A DNA stretch of 43,756 nt. Source: Coleofasciculus chthonoplastes F2-STO-03. Its GTDB lineage: Bacteria > Cyanobacteriota > Cyanobacteriia > Cyanobacteriales > Coleofasciculaceae. Within the stretch, counting starts at the first letter, position 1; each line of letters opens with the position of its first letter. The stretch is from assembly GCA_040222015.1 (NCBI GenBank), contig JAVJWO010000055.1:1-43756 (forward strand), in the 5' to 3' direction. Positions 1 through 9,414 of the stretch are shown here, piece after piece. The translations under genes and the position numbers were made by a program. The notes under the pieces were generated by a model. That model did not search any database. It was not told the DNA's origin and worked only from the letters and a program-made list of their open reading frames with translations.

Positions 1-106
1 TCACGTAGTTACAAGCGTCCGCAAACGCCTGAAGAGTTGCCTCTAAGAAGGCAACTTGTTCAGGAGAGGGTTGGAGCTTTACAACTATTGTGAGAACTTG
101 TTTCAT
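1..106 (-). CDS. tnpB: IS200/IS605-family TnpB (RNA-guided endonuclease), N-terminal part; runs off the window edge
   Basis: Manual translation from ATG at 106 (minus): MKQVLTIVVKLQPSPEQVAFLEATLQAFADACNYV, a typical cyanobacterial TnpB N-terminus; not in ORF track. Confidence 0.8.
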   Translation of the reverse strand, partial: MKQVLTIVVKLQPSPEQVAFLEATLQAFADACNYV

Positions 107-245
107 GGCTAAACTATACCACCACATGGGATAGAATGAGATAGAAAGAGAGAGATTGAAAATACTTCGGGGATTGACCCCTCGCATTTTTCGCTATCCC
201 CCTACCCCTTACTTCGTTGAAGGGGTAGCCCCTCGCGATTCGGGT
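107..245 (-). mobile_element. Probable left end of the tnpB element with subterminal hairpin
   Basis: Inverted repeat ctacccctt-N9-aaggggtag at ~202-228 upstream of tnpB; exact end not determinable. Confidence 0.5.
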
Positions 246-439
246 GGTCTTGAGTCATGGCAATGGTACTGTAGACAATGCGATCGCTCTTCAACGAGGA
301 CGATCCGATCACTAATTCTCTGGTGGTGGTTTGGATCAGGACTTTTGAGGTGACAGACTCTGGATGAAGGATGACAAACCCGTAACCAAGGACAAATGAC
401 TGTAAAATTCCCATACAGGATTAGACAGAAAGGATAATC

Positions 440-1375
440 ATGCGAATTTTAATCATGGGTGGTACTCGCTTCATCGGAGTCTACTTAACCAAAATCTTGG
501 TTGAACAAGGACATGAGGTGGTACTGTTCAACCGGGGTAATAAACCAGCGCCTGTCGAAGGGGTACAACAGATTCACTGCGATCGCAAAGACGCGACTCA
601 ACTCAAGGAAAAGCTGTCGGGAGAAGCGTTTGATGCCATTTTTGATAATAATGGGCGGGAACTCAGTGATACTCAACCCCTAGTCGAGATATTTAAAGAC
701 AAAGTACAGCATTTTGTCTATATGAGTTCGGCGGGAGTCTATTTACAATCTGACCAAATGCCCCATGTTGAAGGTGATCCTGTAGATCCGAAAAGTCGCC
801 ACAAAGGTAAACATGAGACGGAAGCTTACCTAAAAGCCCAAGGGATTCCGTTTACCGCGATTCGTCCAACTTATATCTATGGACCTCAAAACTATAATGA
901 CTTAGAAGCCTGGTTCTTTGACCGTATCGTTCGCGATCGCCCCATTCTCATCCCTAATAGTGGTCTCTATATCACACAACTGGGGCATTGTAAAGACTTA
1001 GCCCGTGCCATGTCTCTGGTACTAGGTAACCAGCAAGCGATTGGACAAGTTTATAATGTATCCGGCGATCGCTATGTGACCTTTGACGGCTTGGCAAACG
1101 CCTGTATTGTGGCAGGGGGCAAATCTCCTGAGGATTTCGACTTGTTACATTACAATCCCAAAAAGTTTGATTTTGGCAAGCGCAAAGCGTTCCCCCTGCG
1201 AACCCAACACTTTTTTGCGGATGTCCATAAAGCCAAGACTCAACTCAATTGGGAACCGGAGTATGACTTGATATCAGGGCTTAAGGACTCATTTCAAAAC
1301 GATTACTTAGCCTCTGGGCGTCACGAAGCGGAGGTTGATTTCTCCTTAGATGACCAAATATTAGCCGCAAGTTGA
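440..1375 (+). CDS. NAD-dependent epimerase/dehydratase family protein, CSP41b-like RNA-binding protein
   Basis: MRILIMGGTRFIG Rossmann start, SSAGVY, RPTYIYGP, PFR/PLR-QHFFA motifs of CSP41. Confidence 0.9.
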   Translation: MRILIMGGTRFIGVYLTKILVEQGHEVVLFNRGNKPAPVEGVQQIHCDRKDATQLKEKLSGEAFDAIFDNNGRELSDTQPLVEIFKDKVQHFVYMSSAGVYLQSDQMPHVEGDPVDPKSRHKGKHETEAYLKAQGIPFTAIRPTYIYGPQNYNDLEAWFFDRIVRDRPILIPNSGLYITQLGHCKDLARAMSLVLGNQQAIGQVYNVSGDRYVTFDGLANACIVAGGKSPEDFDLLHYNPKKFDFGKRKAFPLRTQHFFADVHKAKTQLNWEPEYDLISGLKDSFQNDYLASGRHEAEVDFSLDDQILAAS

Positions 1376-1878
1376 GGCAAGATGTAAATTCCCCCAGAAA
1401 TTAGGGTGAGGATAACGGATAGCCAGAATAGGACAAGGGATGGCATCTCCCACACCGGAGGAAGTGGTGCAATTAATAGGGCAATTGCTGTAATTTGAGT
1501 TACGGTTTTAAGTTTGCCCCAAATATTTGCGCCACTAATTTCCCGGGTCAAATTGGGGTTCACTCGCCACCCCGCGATCGCTAATTCCCGCGCTAATATT
1601 AGAAACACACCCCAGGCGGGAACTTGGTTTAATTCAATCAAGGCTAAAAGGGGGGCTAAAACTAATAATTTATCCACTAACGGATCAAGAAATTTGCCCA
1701 AATCCGTCACTTGATCCAGTTTTCGCGCCAGATAACCATCTAACCAATCCGTAGCTGCGGCGATTAGAAAGATTGCCAGACAAATCCAGCGTGTTTGAGC
1801 TGTGGGATCATGCAGTCCATATAGAATAAAGGGCAATCCCAGTAATCGAGAAAATGTAATCCAGGTGGGTAGTGTCAT
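1321..1878 (-). CDS. pgsA: CDP-diacylglycerol--glycerol-3-phosphate 3-phosphatidyltransferase
   Basis: TDWLDGYLARK...GKFLDPLVDKLL CDP-alcohol phosphotransferase motif; ATG at 1878 preferred over TTG 1890. Confidence 0.95.
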   Translation of the reverse strand: MTLPTWITFSRLLGLPFILYGLHDPTAQTRWICLAIFLIAAATDWLDGYLARKLDQVTDLGKFLDPLVDKLLVLAPLLALIELNQVPAWGVFLILARELAIAGWRVNPNLTREISGANIWGKLKTVTQITAIALLIAPLPPVWEMPSLVLFWLSVILTLISGGIYILPQLAANIWSSKEKSTSAS

Positions 1879-1893
1879 CAGATTTATCAATTA

Positions 1894-2136
1894 GGGCGGG
1901 TTTTGTTAAATAGTTATCGGTGAGGCGGGCGGGTTTTGTTAAATAGTTATCGGTGAGGCGGGCGGGTTTTGTTAAATAGTTATCGGTGAGGCGGGCGGGT
2001 TTTGTTCAACATTTATCGGTGAGGCGGGCGGGTTTTGTTCAACATTTATCGGTGAGGCGGGCGGGTTTTGTTCAACATTTATCGGTGAGGCGGGCGGGTT
2101 TTGTTCAACATTTATCGGTGAGGCGGGCGGGTTTTG
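1894..2136. repeat. Tandem 33-bp repeat, 7 full copies plus a partial one
   Basis: Unit gggcgggttttgtt(aaatag/caacat)ttatcggtgaggc at 1894, 1927, 1960 (variant 1) and 1993, 2026, 2059, 2092 (variant 2). Confidence 0.97.
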
Positions 2137-2220
2137 CTGGATGTTGTTTAAATATTAAGGATTGAAAAATGACAAATAATTTTTTCGGGTATAGGAAATT
2201 AAATTGAGATACACAGTGGC

Positions 2221-2907
2221 TTAACAGGCTCCTTGCTTCTTCAGGACTACAGCAATAGTTTTCAGGATGAGCTTGAAATCATAGACAAGAGACCACTTGC
2301 GCTGATAAGTCAGATCCATTGACACAATATCCTCAAAATCAATCACACTAGAACGACCATTAACTTGCCATTCTCCAGTCATTCCCGGCTTAGTTCTCAA
2401 TCGTTGCCAATGATGCGGCTTATAGTGTTGTACTTCATTCAGGGTGGGCGGACGAGTCCCGACTAAACTCATTTCACCGTTGAGGACATTCCAAAACTGA
2501 GGCAATTCATCCAAGCTGGTGCGCCGTAAAAAACGACCCACACGAGTGATGCGAGGGTCGTTGGTATTTTTAAAGATATGACCTTTTGCCTGATTTTGCA
2601 CCAAATGTTGCTTGCGATCAGCGTCTACCACCATTGAACGAAATTTCAAGATGCGAAAGGGTTTTCCTCGTAAACCACAGCGAAGTTGACGATAGAAGAT
2701 AGTACCGGGATTGTCAATCTGGATGGCGATCACAATTGGTATGGCAAGAATTGCCGTCAGGATCAAGCCAACCACAGCTCCCAGAATATCAATGAGACGT
2801 TTAATTTTGCAGGTTGCCGACCGATGCGGCACAATTAACCCAGCGGAACGTGTGAGAACGAGGGACTCACCCGCCAATGATGTGGAACAGTTTGATGTGG
2901 TAAACAC
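2221..2907 (-). CDS. Bacterial sugar transferase (priming glycosyltransferase, WcaJ/EpsE-like)
   Basis: [57 protein letters not shown]. Confidence 0.95.
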   Translation of the reverse strand: [228 protein letters not shown]

Positions 2908-3155
2908 AGTGTCAACTCAGTTGTATTACAAGTTGTAAGTTGTAAGTTTTTTAGCCGATTATCATACTCTATATTATTGAAATTTTGGCTAAAAAAAATA
3001 GTCCGTTGGATACACTTCACGAATTCTTTACAATTCTATAGCGACTGAATGCAGTTTTTATGAAGATATGATGAAGATTATGAATTGGGATTAACAATGA
3101 TTACGCAATTTGGCAGTTTCTAATCAAAGCTGAAAGCGCGATCTAGGGTCTAAGT

Positions 3156-3358
3156 AGGGTCTGCTGAATAAGTTTTGTGGTGAGGGTAGGAAAGAGGGAA
3201 CAGTTTCAACCCCCTGATGGGGGGAGATTCTGCTTAAGCATCCTCGAAAAATGCCAGGATTTCCAGCTTATGGGTTTCTTTCGCCTTGCACCTGATGTCC
3301 CTTTAATCATCCCCTAACTCTTTATTTGTAAGGGTTTCAGACTTATGCAGTAAGCCCC
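3156..3358. mobile_element. MITE-like element with imperfect terminal inverted repeats
   Basis: Left gggtctgctgaataag vs right cttatgcagtaagccc (12/16 inverted match); flanked by direct repeat aagta at 3151-3155 and 3359-3363. Confidence 0.6.
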
Positions 3359-3493
3359 AAGTAATGACTTGACCTTTGGCATCTATCCTAAGATGTAGAT
3401 TATATTGCAATAGTGAAGAGTCTGATCTACCCATTGCAAGCAAGCTGAATAAGTATTGGGGTGATGATAGGGAATAGGGAACAGAGAACGGTT

Positions 3494-3517
3494 GTAGTGC
3501 GAGCGTCTCGCTCGCTA
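3494..3517 (+). repeat. GTAG-type REP-like palindrome
   Basis: GTAG-tgcgagcgtctcgctcgc; near-identical copy at 19404-19428. Confidence 0.75.
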
Positions 3518-3597
3518 TTTTGTAAGGGGTTTTATCTCTGTTTCATAAGAAAACTCTATATGCAACGTCTCTAAATTGTAAAGTATGTTGATAGCTA

Positions 3598-5403
3598 TTA
3601 TTTATAGCAATGATTAAAATTAATAAGTAAAGGTTCATCAAACGTTTGAGATAGACTGGACACAATCAGTTTCAGGTATTGACGTAGACGCTCGTGTTGC
3701 TGGAAATTGGGACGATACAGCCGATCGCCTACGGGTGAAAACAGTTTATCAGCTAGATCCCCATAAGGGAAATCTTGGGGAGAAGCTGGAGAAAACCGCT
3801 GTAGGCGATCGCGAGTTGGGATCAATCCTGACGGTAACTCACCGTCCAAAAACCCGATTAAACGTTCATCACAGGCGACTGTGTTGAGACCTTGACTTTC
3901 TAAGCGTTGCTTAATTTCTGCCAGAGTGTAATCCCGAATCCCTGATTCCTTTTCTGTCGGGGGGAACGCCTTAAGCAGTTCTAATAGCAGAAAGTAGTCA
4001 CTGTATTGCTGCTGAAAGCGATTAAAGACATGGGGATACAGGGGTAACCTCGCCAGTCCAGTAGCGACCCAAGGCGGGGACGATACAGTATCCTGGAGCC
4101 GTGCAGCGTTAGGCAGTTTATCCTGAAGCAACTGCTTCACCCTGTTTGACTTAGCGCTTCCTCCCGTACAGATAGCTTGACTGATCGCCTGTTGGGAAAG
4201 TCCTGCTTGAATCAGTAGTCGGTTAACCTGTTGGTTGAGTTGTTCAATAAACGGTGTGATAATGGCAGTATTGAAATCTTTTTGCTGCACCGTCCATCGA
4301 TAGGCACCCAATTCTAGGGTAAATTCGGTTTTGTGTGGCAAAATCAGCTTTAAGTATTCAGCCGCTTTTAGTAGCGCCTGTCCTAACACCGAATGCTGTA
4401 ACTCGAATAAAGCGCGATCGCGCCGTTTGGGGTCAGGTTGACCGGGTAAGGGGGGTTCCAAATCTGGGCTAAGATTCAGTTGTGCTAATTGCGCCTCAGA
4501 CATCTGAGGGTAGAGTAACTGCCAAATGATATCTTGATCAATCGCCTGACCTGCATAAGACCAACTCTGAAGTTTAAAATCGGCGTAAGTTAATTGACGG
4601 GGATTGTAAGGCAAATCCACTAATGCCAATTCCGTGGTGGTTGCGCCACTATCGATTACCAACGTCCAGCCATGTCTAAGTGTGGAGGATTGAAGTGTCG
4701 AGGGGGGAGAGGCTGATTCAGGTGTGGGAAAGGCGGCTAAGAGGGACGCGATCGCATCTTCTAAGAAGACAATTTGTTGAGATTCCTTGACTAACTTGGC
4801 AGCCAATACTGCTTCCCGAACATTAATCTGGTAGGTATCGCCCCAATCGGCTGGATAACTGACAATGACGCCTGCGAGTTGTGCTAAAGCGTCTGCCAGT
4901 ACGTCTGATTCTAGACCCATCGCCCCTACCTGCAATGGCACCTTGGTGCGAACAGTCTCTGGGGTTAAAGTGGCTAACATTGCCTGTAAGGATCGCCGCA
5001 CCCAATAGAGAGGAACCCGTCCATCGGGTAACGCTAAGATTGGTTCCCACTGACGATGTTCTGGGGAATAGTAAGGAATTGCCAACGGTAAATAGGGTTT
5101 CACCGGGGACACCGTTATTCCTGGTGCTTTTGCCAAGGTAGACACCGAAGCAGCAACACCGACTGATGCTGCTGTTTTTGCTGCTGATGGCTGACTCGCG
5201 TCAGTTTGTACGGGTAAGCGAAATACGCGATCGCCTGAATGACGATTGGTGGTTGACGATTCCTGTTGCCAATAGAGAGGGTAATGCTGACCTGTTTTTT
5301 GGTTCAACAAAACAGCCGACAGCCCGGTGGTGCCGAAGTCAATTCCCAGATACCAGAGAGTGTCACTGGTATTCACCTCTAGCGAATTTGATGGTGCAGC
5401 CAA
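3598..5403 (-). CDS. Divergent Hsp70/actin-fold ATPase-like protein
   Basis: WYLGIDFGTT, LVIDSGATTT, AGQAID and ICTGG phosphate/adenosine-loop-like motifs; start uncertain. Confidence 0.75.
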   Translation of the reverse strand: MAAPSNSLEVNTSDTLWYLGIDFGTTGLSAVLLNQKTGQHYPLYWQQESSTTNRHSGDRVFRLPVQTDASQPSAAKTAASVGVAASVSTLAKAPGITVSPVKPYLPLAIPYYSPEHRQWEPILALPDGRVPLYWVRRSLQAMLATLTPETVRTKVPLQVGAMGLESDVLADALAQLAGVIVSYPADWGDTYQINVREAVLAAKLVKESQQIVFLEDAIASLLAAFPTPESASPPSTLQSSTLRHGWTLVIDSGATTTELALVDLPYNPRQLTYADFKLQSWSYAGQAIDQDIIWQLLYPQMSEAQLAQLNLSPDLEPPLPGQPDPKRRDRALFELQHSVLGQALLKAAEYLKLILPHKTEFTLELGAYRWTVQQKDFNTAIITPFIEQLNQQVNRLLIQAGLSQQAISQAICTGGSAKSNRVKQLLQDKLPNAARLQDTVSSPPWVATGLARLPLYPHVFNRFQQQYSDYFLLLELLKAFPPTEKESGIRDYTLAEIKQRLESQGLNTVACDERLIGFLDGELPSGLIPTRDRLQRFSPASPQDFPYGDLADKLFSPVGDRLYRPNFQQHERLRQYLKLIVSSLSQTFDEPLLINFNHCYK

Positions 5404-5428
5404 AATTCAAAACTCAAAATTCAAAACT
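5401..5428. repeat. Heptamer tandem repeat (STRR-like) caaaa(t/c)t x4
   Basis: caaaatt caaaact caaaatt caaaact. Confidence 0.7.
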
Positions 5429-5481
5429 TGTCTTCTGCCTCATTGTTGATCAGGAGTCACTGAGTCTTCCAGGACGTAATC

Positions 5482-7737
5482 TTATACTATATTTTGGGGG
5501 TCTAAGTCAATAGATTCTGAGGATAAATCATCAGCAATCTCCTCCGATAAGGATAATGAACTCTCCTCAGAATCAATCCCCAAGGGATCGGATTCGCGGG
5601 ACTCTAGATCCGTTGGCGTTGTCTGTTGCCAATCTGAGAAGGTAACATCCTCTTGGGATAGGTCATGGAGGGCAAACTCTTCCCAATCTTCTGCCAACAA
5701 CTCCTCTGACATGGGCAAAGACTGGATTGAGTCTAAATCGAAGTTTTGGGGTGAGACGGTGCGATCGCGAGATGGGGACGGCTGAAGGACAATATTCAGA
5801 TGGTCTTCTGCTTCAAAGCTGTGTAGGTCTTCACTAAGCTGCTGGAGGGTACTTTGGTCTAGCCTAATCTCTTGACCGGAAAACTGTTGCGATTCATCCC
5901 TGACTAGCAAATCTTCATCCGGTGAGGCGGGAATATAGTGGTCATCAACTGAGGTAACGGCGGAATCAGGTTCTCCAGGGTGTTCCGAAAACCATTCTTC
6001 CTCACGAGTCGCCGCTATGGAGGGGATATCGGCTACGGGGGGGGAGTAACTTAATCCCATTTCATCGAGTAAATCGGTTAGGGCGGTAATTGTTTTAACC
6101 TCTTGAGACTCGCCGAACCGTTCCTGGTGAGGATAAGTGGCGGGTTCTGGTGTGGCGACTACCTCTGACTCAATCGGGGCGTCAGGTGTTGGCGTTTCAA
6201 ATAATAAGGTTTCCCACGATAGTTGCTCCTGATTGATGCCTTCAATCCAGGGTTCAGATAAACTCGTTTCATCAGCCGGATCAGTGAATCCGTCAAATAG
6301 ATAATCAGCAATCTCCACCGATTCAGTCTCACCGAAAGCCTGATCTGTGGATCGATCATCTTGCCAGTCCGTTGTAGTGATTGATGTCGCTGAGGTATGA
6401 GCATCCGTTACTTCGGCGGTATTGGCTGGAGGAGGTGTATGGGTGCTTTGGGCAGAGTCTGTGCCAAATAGGGTGTTATACAACTCATCAATTTCATGGT
6501 GGCGGTTCTCGACTTCAGTTTGATCGGCAACGTCCGGTTGGGCTGATGCCGTGGTCTCCGCCTGAGGGGTTGGGGTGGATGGGGATGATGGTGTGGACTC
6601 CGGTTCACTATCGATGCCTAATAGGAGATCGAGGTCGAGAAATTCTGAATCATTTAGGGTTGAGGTTTGTGTGATTGCGGTATTCATATCCCAGCCAATC
6701 AAAGCGTCTAGGGGATTGCCTGCTAATGTTTCTGTCTCTAGTTCTTCCGTCCATTGCTGAGCTGAAATCTTAGACGGCAGTTGAGCCTGGGGTGGTGGGG
6801 ATGGGGTTAAGGCGTTGGCAGATAGGGTCACGTTGAATTCAGGCTGAGACACTGGATCAATGCCCACAAAAATGCCCTCTTGTTTTGACGTCGATGACGT
6901 TGAATCGGGCACTGACTGGGATAATTCTGTCACCTCTGACCAAGGTTGAGAGGATTGCACCAAGGTTGATGTTTCTCGTCCCAATAGCTGGGCGAGGCGA
7001 TTGACCAGGGCTGTAAATAACAGCTCTCCTTGGTTGCTCAAGCGATGCATTTTGTCAAGTCCTTGAGACAAAGATTGCTGATACCCATGCAGATCCCGAT
7101 CGAGTGCCTCAAAGACTGTCCGTTGGTTGGTGTCGAGATTGATCAACATGCGATCGCTCTCCCGTTGCAGTTGCCGCAGTTGCTCCAAACGTTCTTGTGG
7201 CAACATTATCCCAGAGGCGGGTTGCCCTGGTGAGCCCGATGTTGATGAAGCGTTGAGCAGTTGGGCTTCTAAATTCAGTAAGATTTGAGCCAGTTGCTGT
7301 GTCAGGCGTTCGGTTGACTGGTGAATTAAATCCTGAGCAAATTCTGGGAGAGGTTGCTCAGGTCCCCCCCCTTTAGCGGCAACAGTATTTTGCAATTGCT
7401 GTTTTTTCTGCTCAAGGTGCTGAATTTCTTGAGTCAAGGACTCTCGCTGTTGACGAAAGGCTGACAATTCAGCCTGCAAGGGTTCTGTCACCTGTTGGCG
7501 GATACTCTCCATTTCTTGGGCAACCGCCTGCACAATCGGTTTAACGGCTGATTCTTGGGATGGCGACATTGCCATTTCGTCTGACTGCATCGACAGCAGA
7601 TAGCTACGCACCCGTTCTAGGATTTCGCGATCGCGGGCTAAATCGTTGGGTTTAGACCAAGGGAAACGGGAGCCCTCCTTGGCAAGGAGACTGTCAATAT
7701 CAGCAATCAGTGATTGGATTTTCTTCTGTTTAGTCAC
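5482..7737 (-). CDS. Hypothetical protein: N-terminal coiled coil, long acidic low-complexity C-terminus
   Basis: 751-aa ORF, Q/E/L-rich heptads in residues ~60-250, D/E/S/P-rich tail; co-oriented with the Hsp70-like gene. Confidence 0.8.
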   Translation of the reverse strand: MTKQKKIQSLIADIDSLLAKEGSRFPWSKPNDLARDREILERVRSYLLSMQSDEMAMSPSQESAVKPIVQAVAQEMESIRQQVTEPLQAELSAFRQQRESLTQEIQHLEQKKQQLQNTVAAKGGGPEQPLPEFAQDLIHQSTERLTQQLAQILLNLEAQLLNASSTSGSPGQPASGIMLPQERLEQLRQLQRESDRMLINLDTNQRTVFEALDRDLHGYQQSLSQGLDKMHRLSNQGELLFTALVNRLAQLLGRETSTLVQSSQPWSEVTELSQSVPDSTSSTSKQEGIFVGIDPVSQPEFNVTLSANALTPSPPPQAQLPSKISAQQWTEELETETLAGNPLDALIGWDMNTAITQTSTLNDSEFLDLDLLLGIDSEPESTPSSPSTPTPQAETTASAQPDVADQTEVENRHHEIDELYNTLFGTDSAQSTHTPPPANTAEVTDAHTSATSITTTDWQDDRSTDQAFGETESVEIADYLFDGFTDPADETSLSEPWIEGINQEQLSWETLLFETPTPDAPIESEVVATPEPATYPHQERFGESQEVKTITALTDLLDEMGLSYSPPVADIPSIAATREEEWFSEHPGEPDSAVTSVDDHYIPASPDEDLLVRDESQQFSGQEIRLDQSTLQQLSEDLHSFEAEDHLNIVLQPSPSRDRTVSPQNFDLDSIQSLPMSEELLAEDWEEFALHDLSQEDVTFSDWQQTTPTDLESRESDPLGIDSEESSLSLSEEIADDLSSESIDLDPQNIV

Positions 7738-8095
7738 GGTGGAACGCCTGGCAACTTATGTTCACGCTTCGCAGGAGTTATTGCGATCGCCTGCTTTTAT
7801 TATGTAGGAACTTGAACGCTTGCCGTTAGCATAAACGTATTCTGGCTAACCGATGTCCTCTCAAGTCCTGATTACAGGCATCTAAGTTGTTAAATCTCCC
7901 TCAATATGCAGCATAATAACTGTGTACCAATCTCCGGCTGATTAGCTTTAATTTCCAATAGGATTAGATTGAAGGCACTTCGAGGGAGTATAGCGCCGTT
8001 CATCGATCAGGACATAAGTCCCTTGTATCTGCCATTATGGCTGGTCTGGATGGAGTGATGAAAGGCGCTTGTACCACAAAGACTCAATTTTGTGT

Positions 8096-8615
8096 CTGTT
8101 TCGGGGTGTCAGTATTGATACCCTTCGTCGATGGGAGCGAGCAGGCAAGCTAAAATGACTAAACTCTCGTTTGAGGAAAAGTAAAGTAACGATGTCACGT
8201 CGCAAGAAACAACAGAAAATTAAAGAAATTTACACTCAGGTTATCCCTGTTGCTTCTTGTTCCGACGAGACACAAGTGAGGCGGCTCATGCACCTGTGCG
8301 GCATTCCCAGAGCATTAACGTACAACTTGCTTGGATCGTTTTACTGATACGGACAGTTCGATACTTGGCTTCTATGGGAAAGTCCGTGACCGAAGCTTTA
8401 GATTTGGGCTGGCTTAGTCCCAAGTTTAGAGCACAAGCGTTGCAACTTGAAGTAGAGTATCACAAGTGCGGGGTGCTAGGTACGGTTAAGCTCCGGTGGG
8501 TGGGAGAAGTGCCTGGCTTCATCAACGTCCCTAACGATAACCATCAACGGATGAAACCAGCAATATGAGACATTTCGACGCTATCTGCATAGATTTGCCG
8601 AGATTTAGTTCACCC
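8096..8615 (+). mobile_element. Internally deleted IS607-family element remnant (tnpA fragment, tnpB fragments, right end)
   Basis: 8105-8158 reads GVSIDTLRRWERAGKLK* (IS607 serine-recombinase MerR-like HTH); 8192-8347 is a TnpB-like N-terminus; repeated agattt motifs at ~8590-8608; boundaries approximate. Confidence 0.65.
8192..8470 (+). pseudogene. tnpB: tnpB remnant: 51-codon N-terminus joined out of frame to a C-terminal piece
   Basis: MSRRKKQQKIKEIYTQVIPVASCSDETQVRRLMHLCGIPRALTYNLLGS, then in another frame IRTVRYLASMGKSVTEALDLGWLSPKFRAQALQLEVEYH; family recognised from memory. Confidence 0.55.
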
Positions 8616-8653
8616 CGTACTTGTCCACGGCGTATACAATGTGGTTTGGCTCC

Positions 8654-9361
8654 ATGGATGATCGATACAGCTCACACGAAATGAACTCTAATGTTAATGA
8701 GTTGATTCGCACTGCTCCTTTATTTTCTGGCTTACCAGAAGCCAGTGTGAATCAAGCGACTTCTCATGTTGTTACTCGCAGCCACCCCAAGGATCGAGTT
8801 ATTTTGCTGGAGAATGACTGGGGTGGCTCGGTTTACTTCATTTTGGAGGGCTGGGCAAAAATTCGTACCTATAACCTGGAAGGGAAAGAGGTTACCCTCA
8901 ACATTTTAGGGAAGGGGGAAATTTTTGGCGAAATGGCGGCGCTGGATGAGGTGCCTCGTTCTACCGATGTGATTACCTTAACGCCCACGACGATTGGCAG
9001 TATACCTGCCCAGGATTTTATCCAGCTTATTCATGATGAACCTTTAGCCGGGGTTCGTTTGTCTCAGCTTATGGCAAAGCGCTTGCGCCAAGTTAATCGC
9101 CGTCTCCGCCTGAGAGAGTCGGATAGTACGTCGCGAGTGGCAGACACGCTCCTGTTTTTGGCAGAGGGTCAGGGTAAAGTCAAACAGCAAGGTACTGAGA
9201 TTCCCAACTTACCCCATCGCGAGTTAAGCAGTTTGAGTGGATTGGCGCGGGAGACAGTGACGCGAGTTTTGACCAAGCTGGAAAAAAAAGGCTTAATTAA
9301 GCGAGAACACGATATTATGTTTATCCCGGATCTGGCGGCATTAGAACGCATTATTGCTTAG
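8654..9361 (+). CDS. crp: Crp/Fnr-family cAMP receptor protein
   Basis: cNMP-binding FGEMA...PRST and C-terminal HTH LARETVTRVL; ATG 8654 preferred over TTG 8621. Confidence 0.92.
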   Translation: MDDRYSSHEMNSNVNELIRTAPLFSGLPEASVNQATSHVVTRSHPKDRVILLENDWGGSVYFILEGWAKIRTYNLEGKEVTLNILGKGEIFGEMAALDEVPRSTDVITLTPTTIGSIPAQDFIQLIHDEPLAGVRLSQLMAKRLRQVNRRLRLRESDSTSRVADTLLFLAEGQGKVKQQGTEIPNLPHRELSSLSGLARETVTRVLTKLEKKGLIKREHDIMFIPDLAALERIIA

Positions 9362-9414
9362 AAGCGTCTTATGTCCTTCGTCCTTTGTCCTTTGGCATTA
9401 TCAGGGTTGGAGGG

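Noticed and set aside
156..414. ORFs 156-353 (+) and 202-414 (-)
   Set aside because: They overlap the tnpB left-end hairpin and have no recognisable motifs
1894..2136. Possible CRISPR array
   Set aside because: Units are contiguous with only two variants, no unique spacers and no cas genes in the window
8257..8568. 103-aa ORF as a genuine gene
   Set aside because: Better explained as a chimeric frame across the deletion junction of the tnpB remnant
8380..8570. Housekeeping ncRNA (6S, RNase P, SRP, tmRNA) or riboswitch upstream of crp
   Set aside because: No diagnostic motifs recognised; transposon-end origin fits better. An Rfam scan would be decisive
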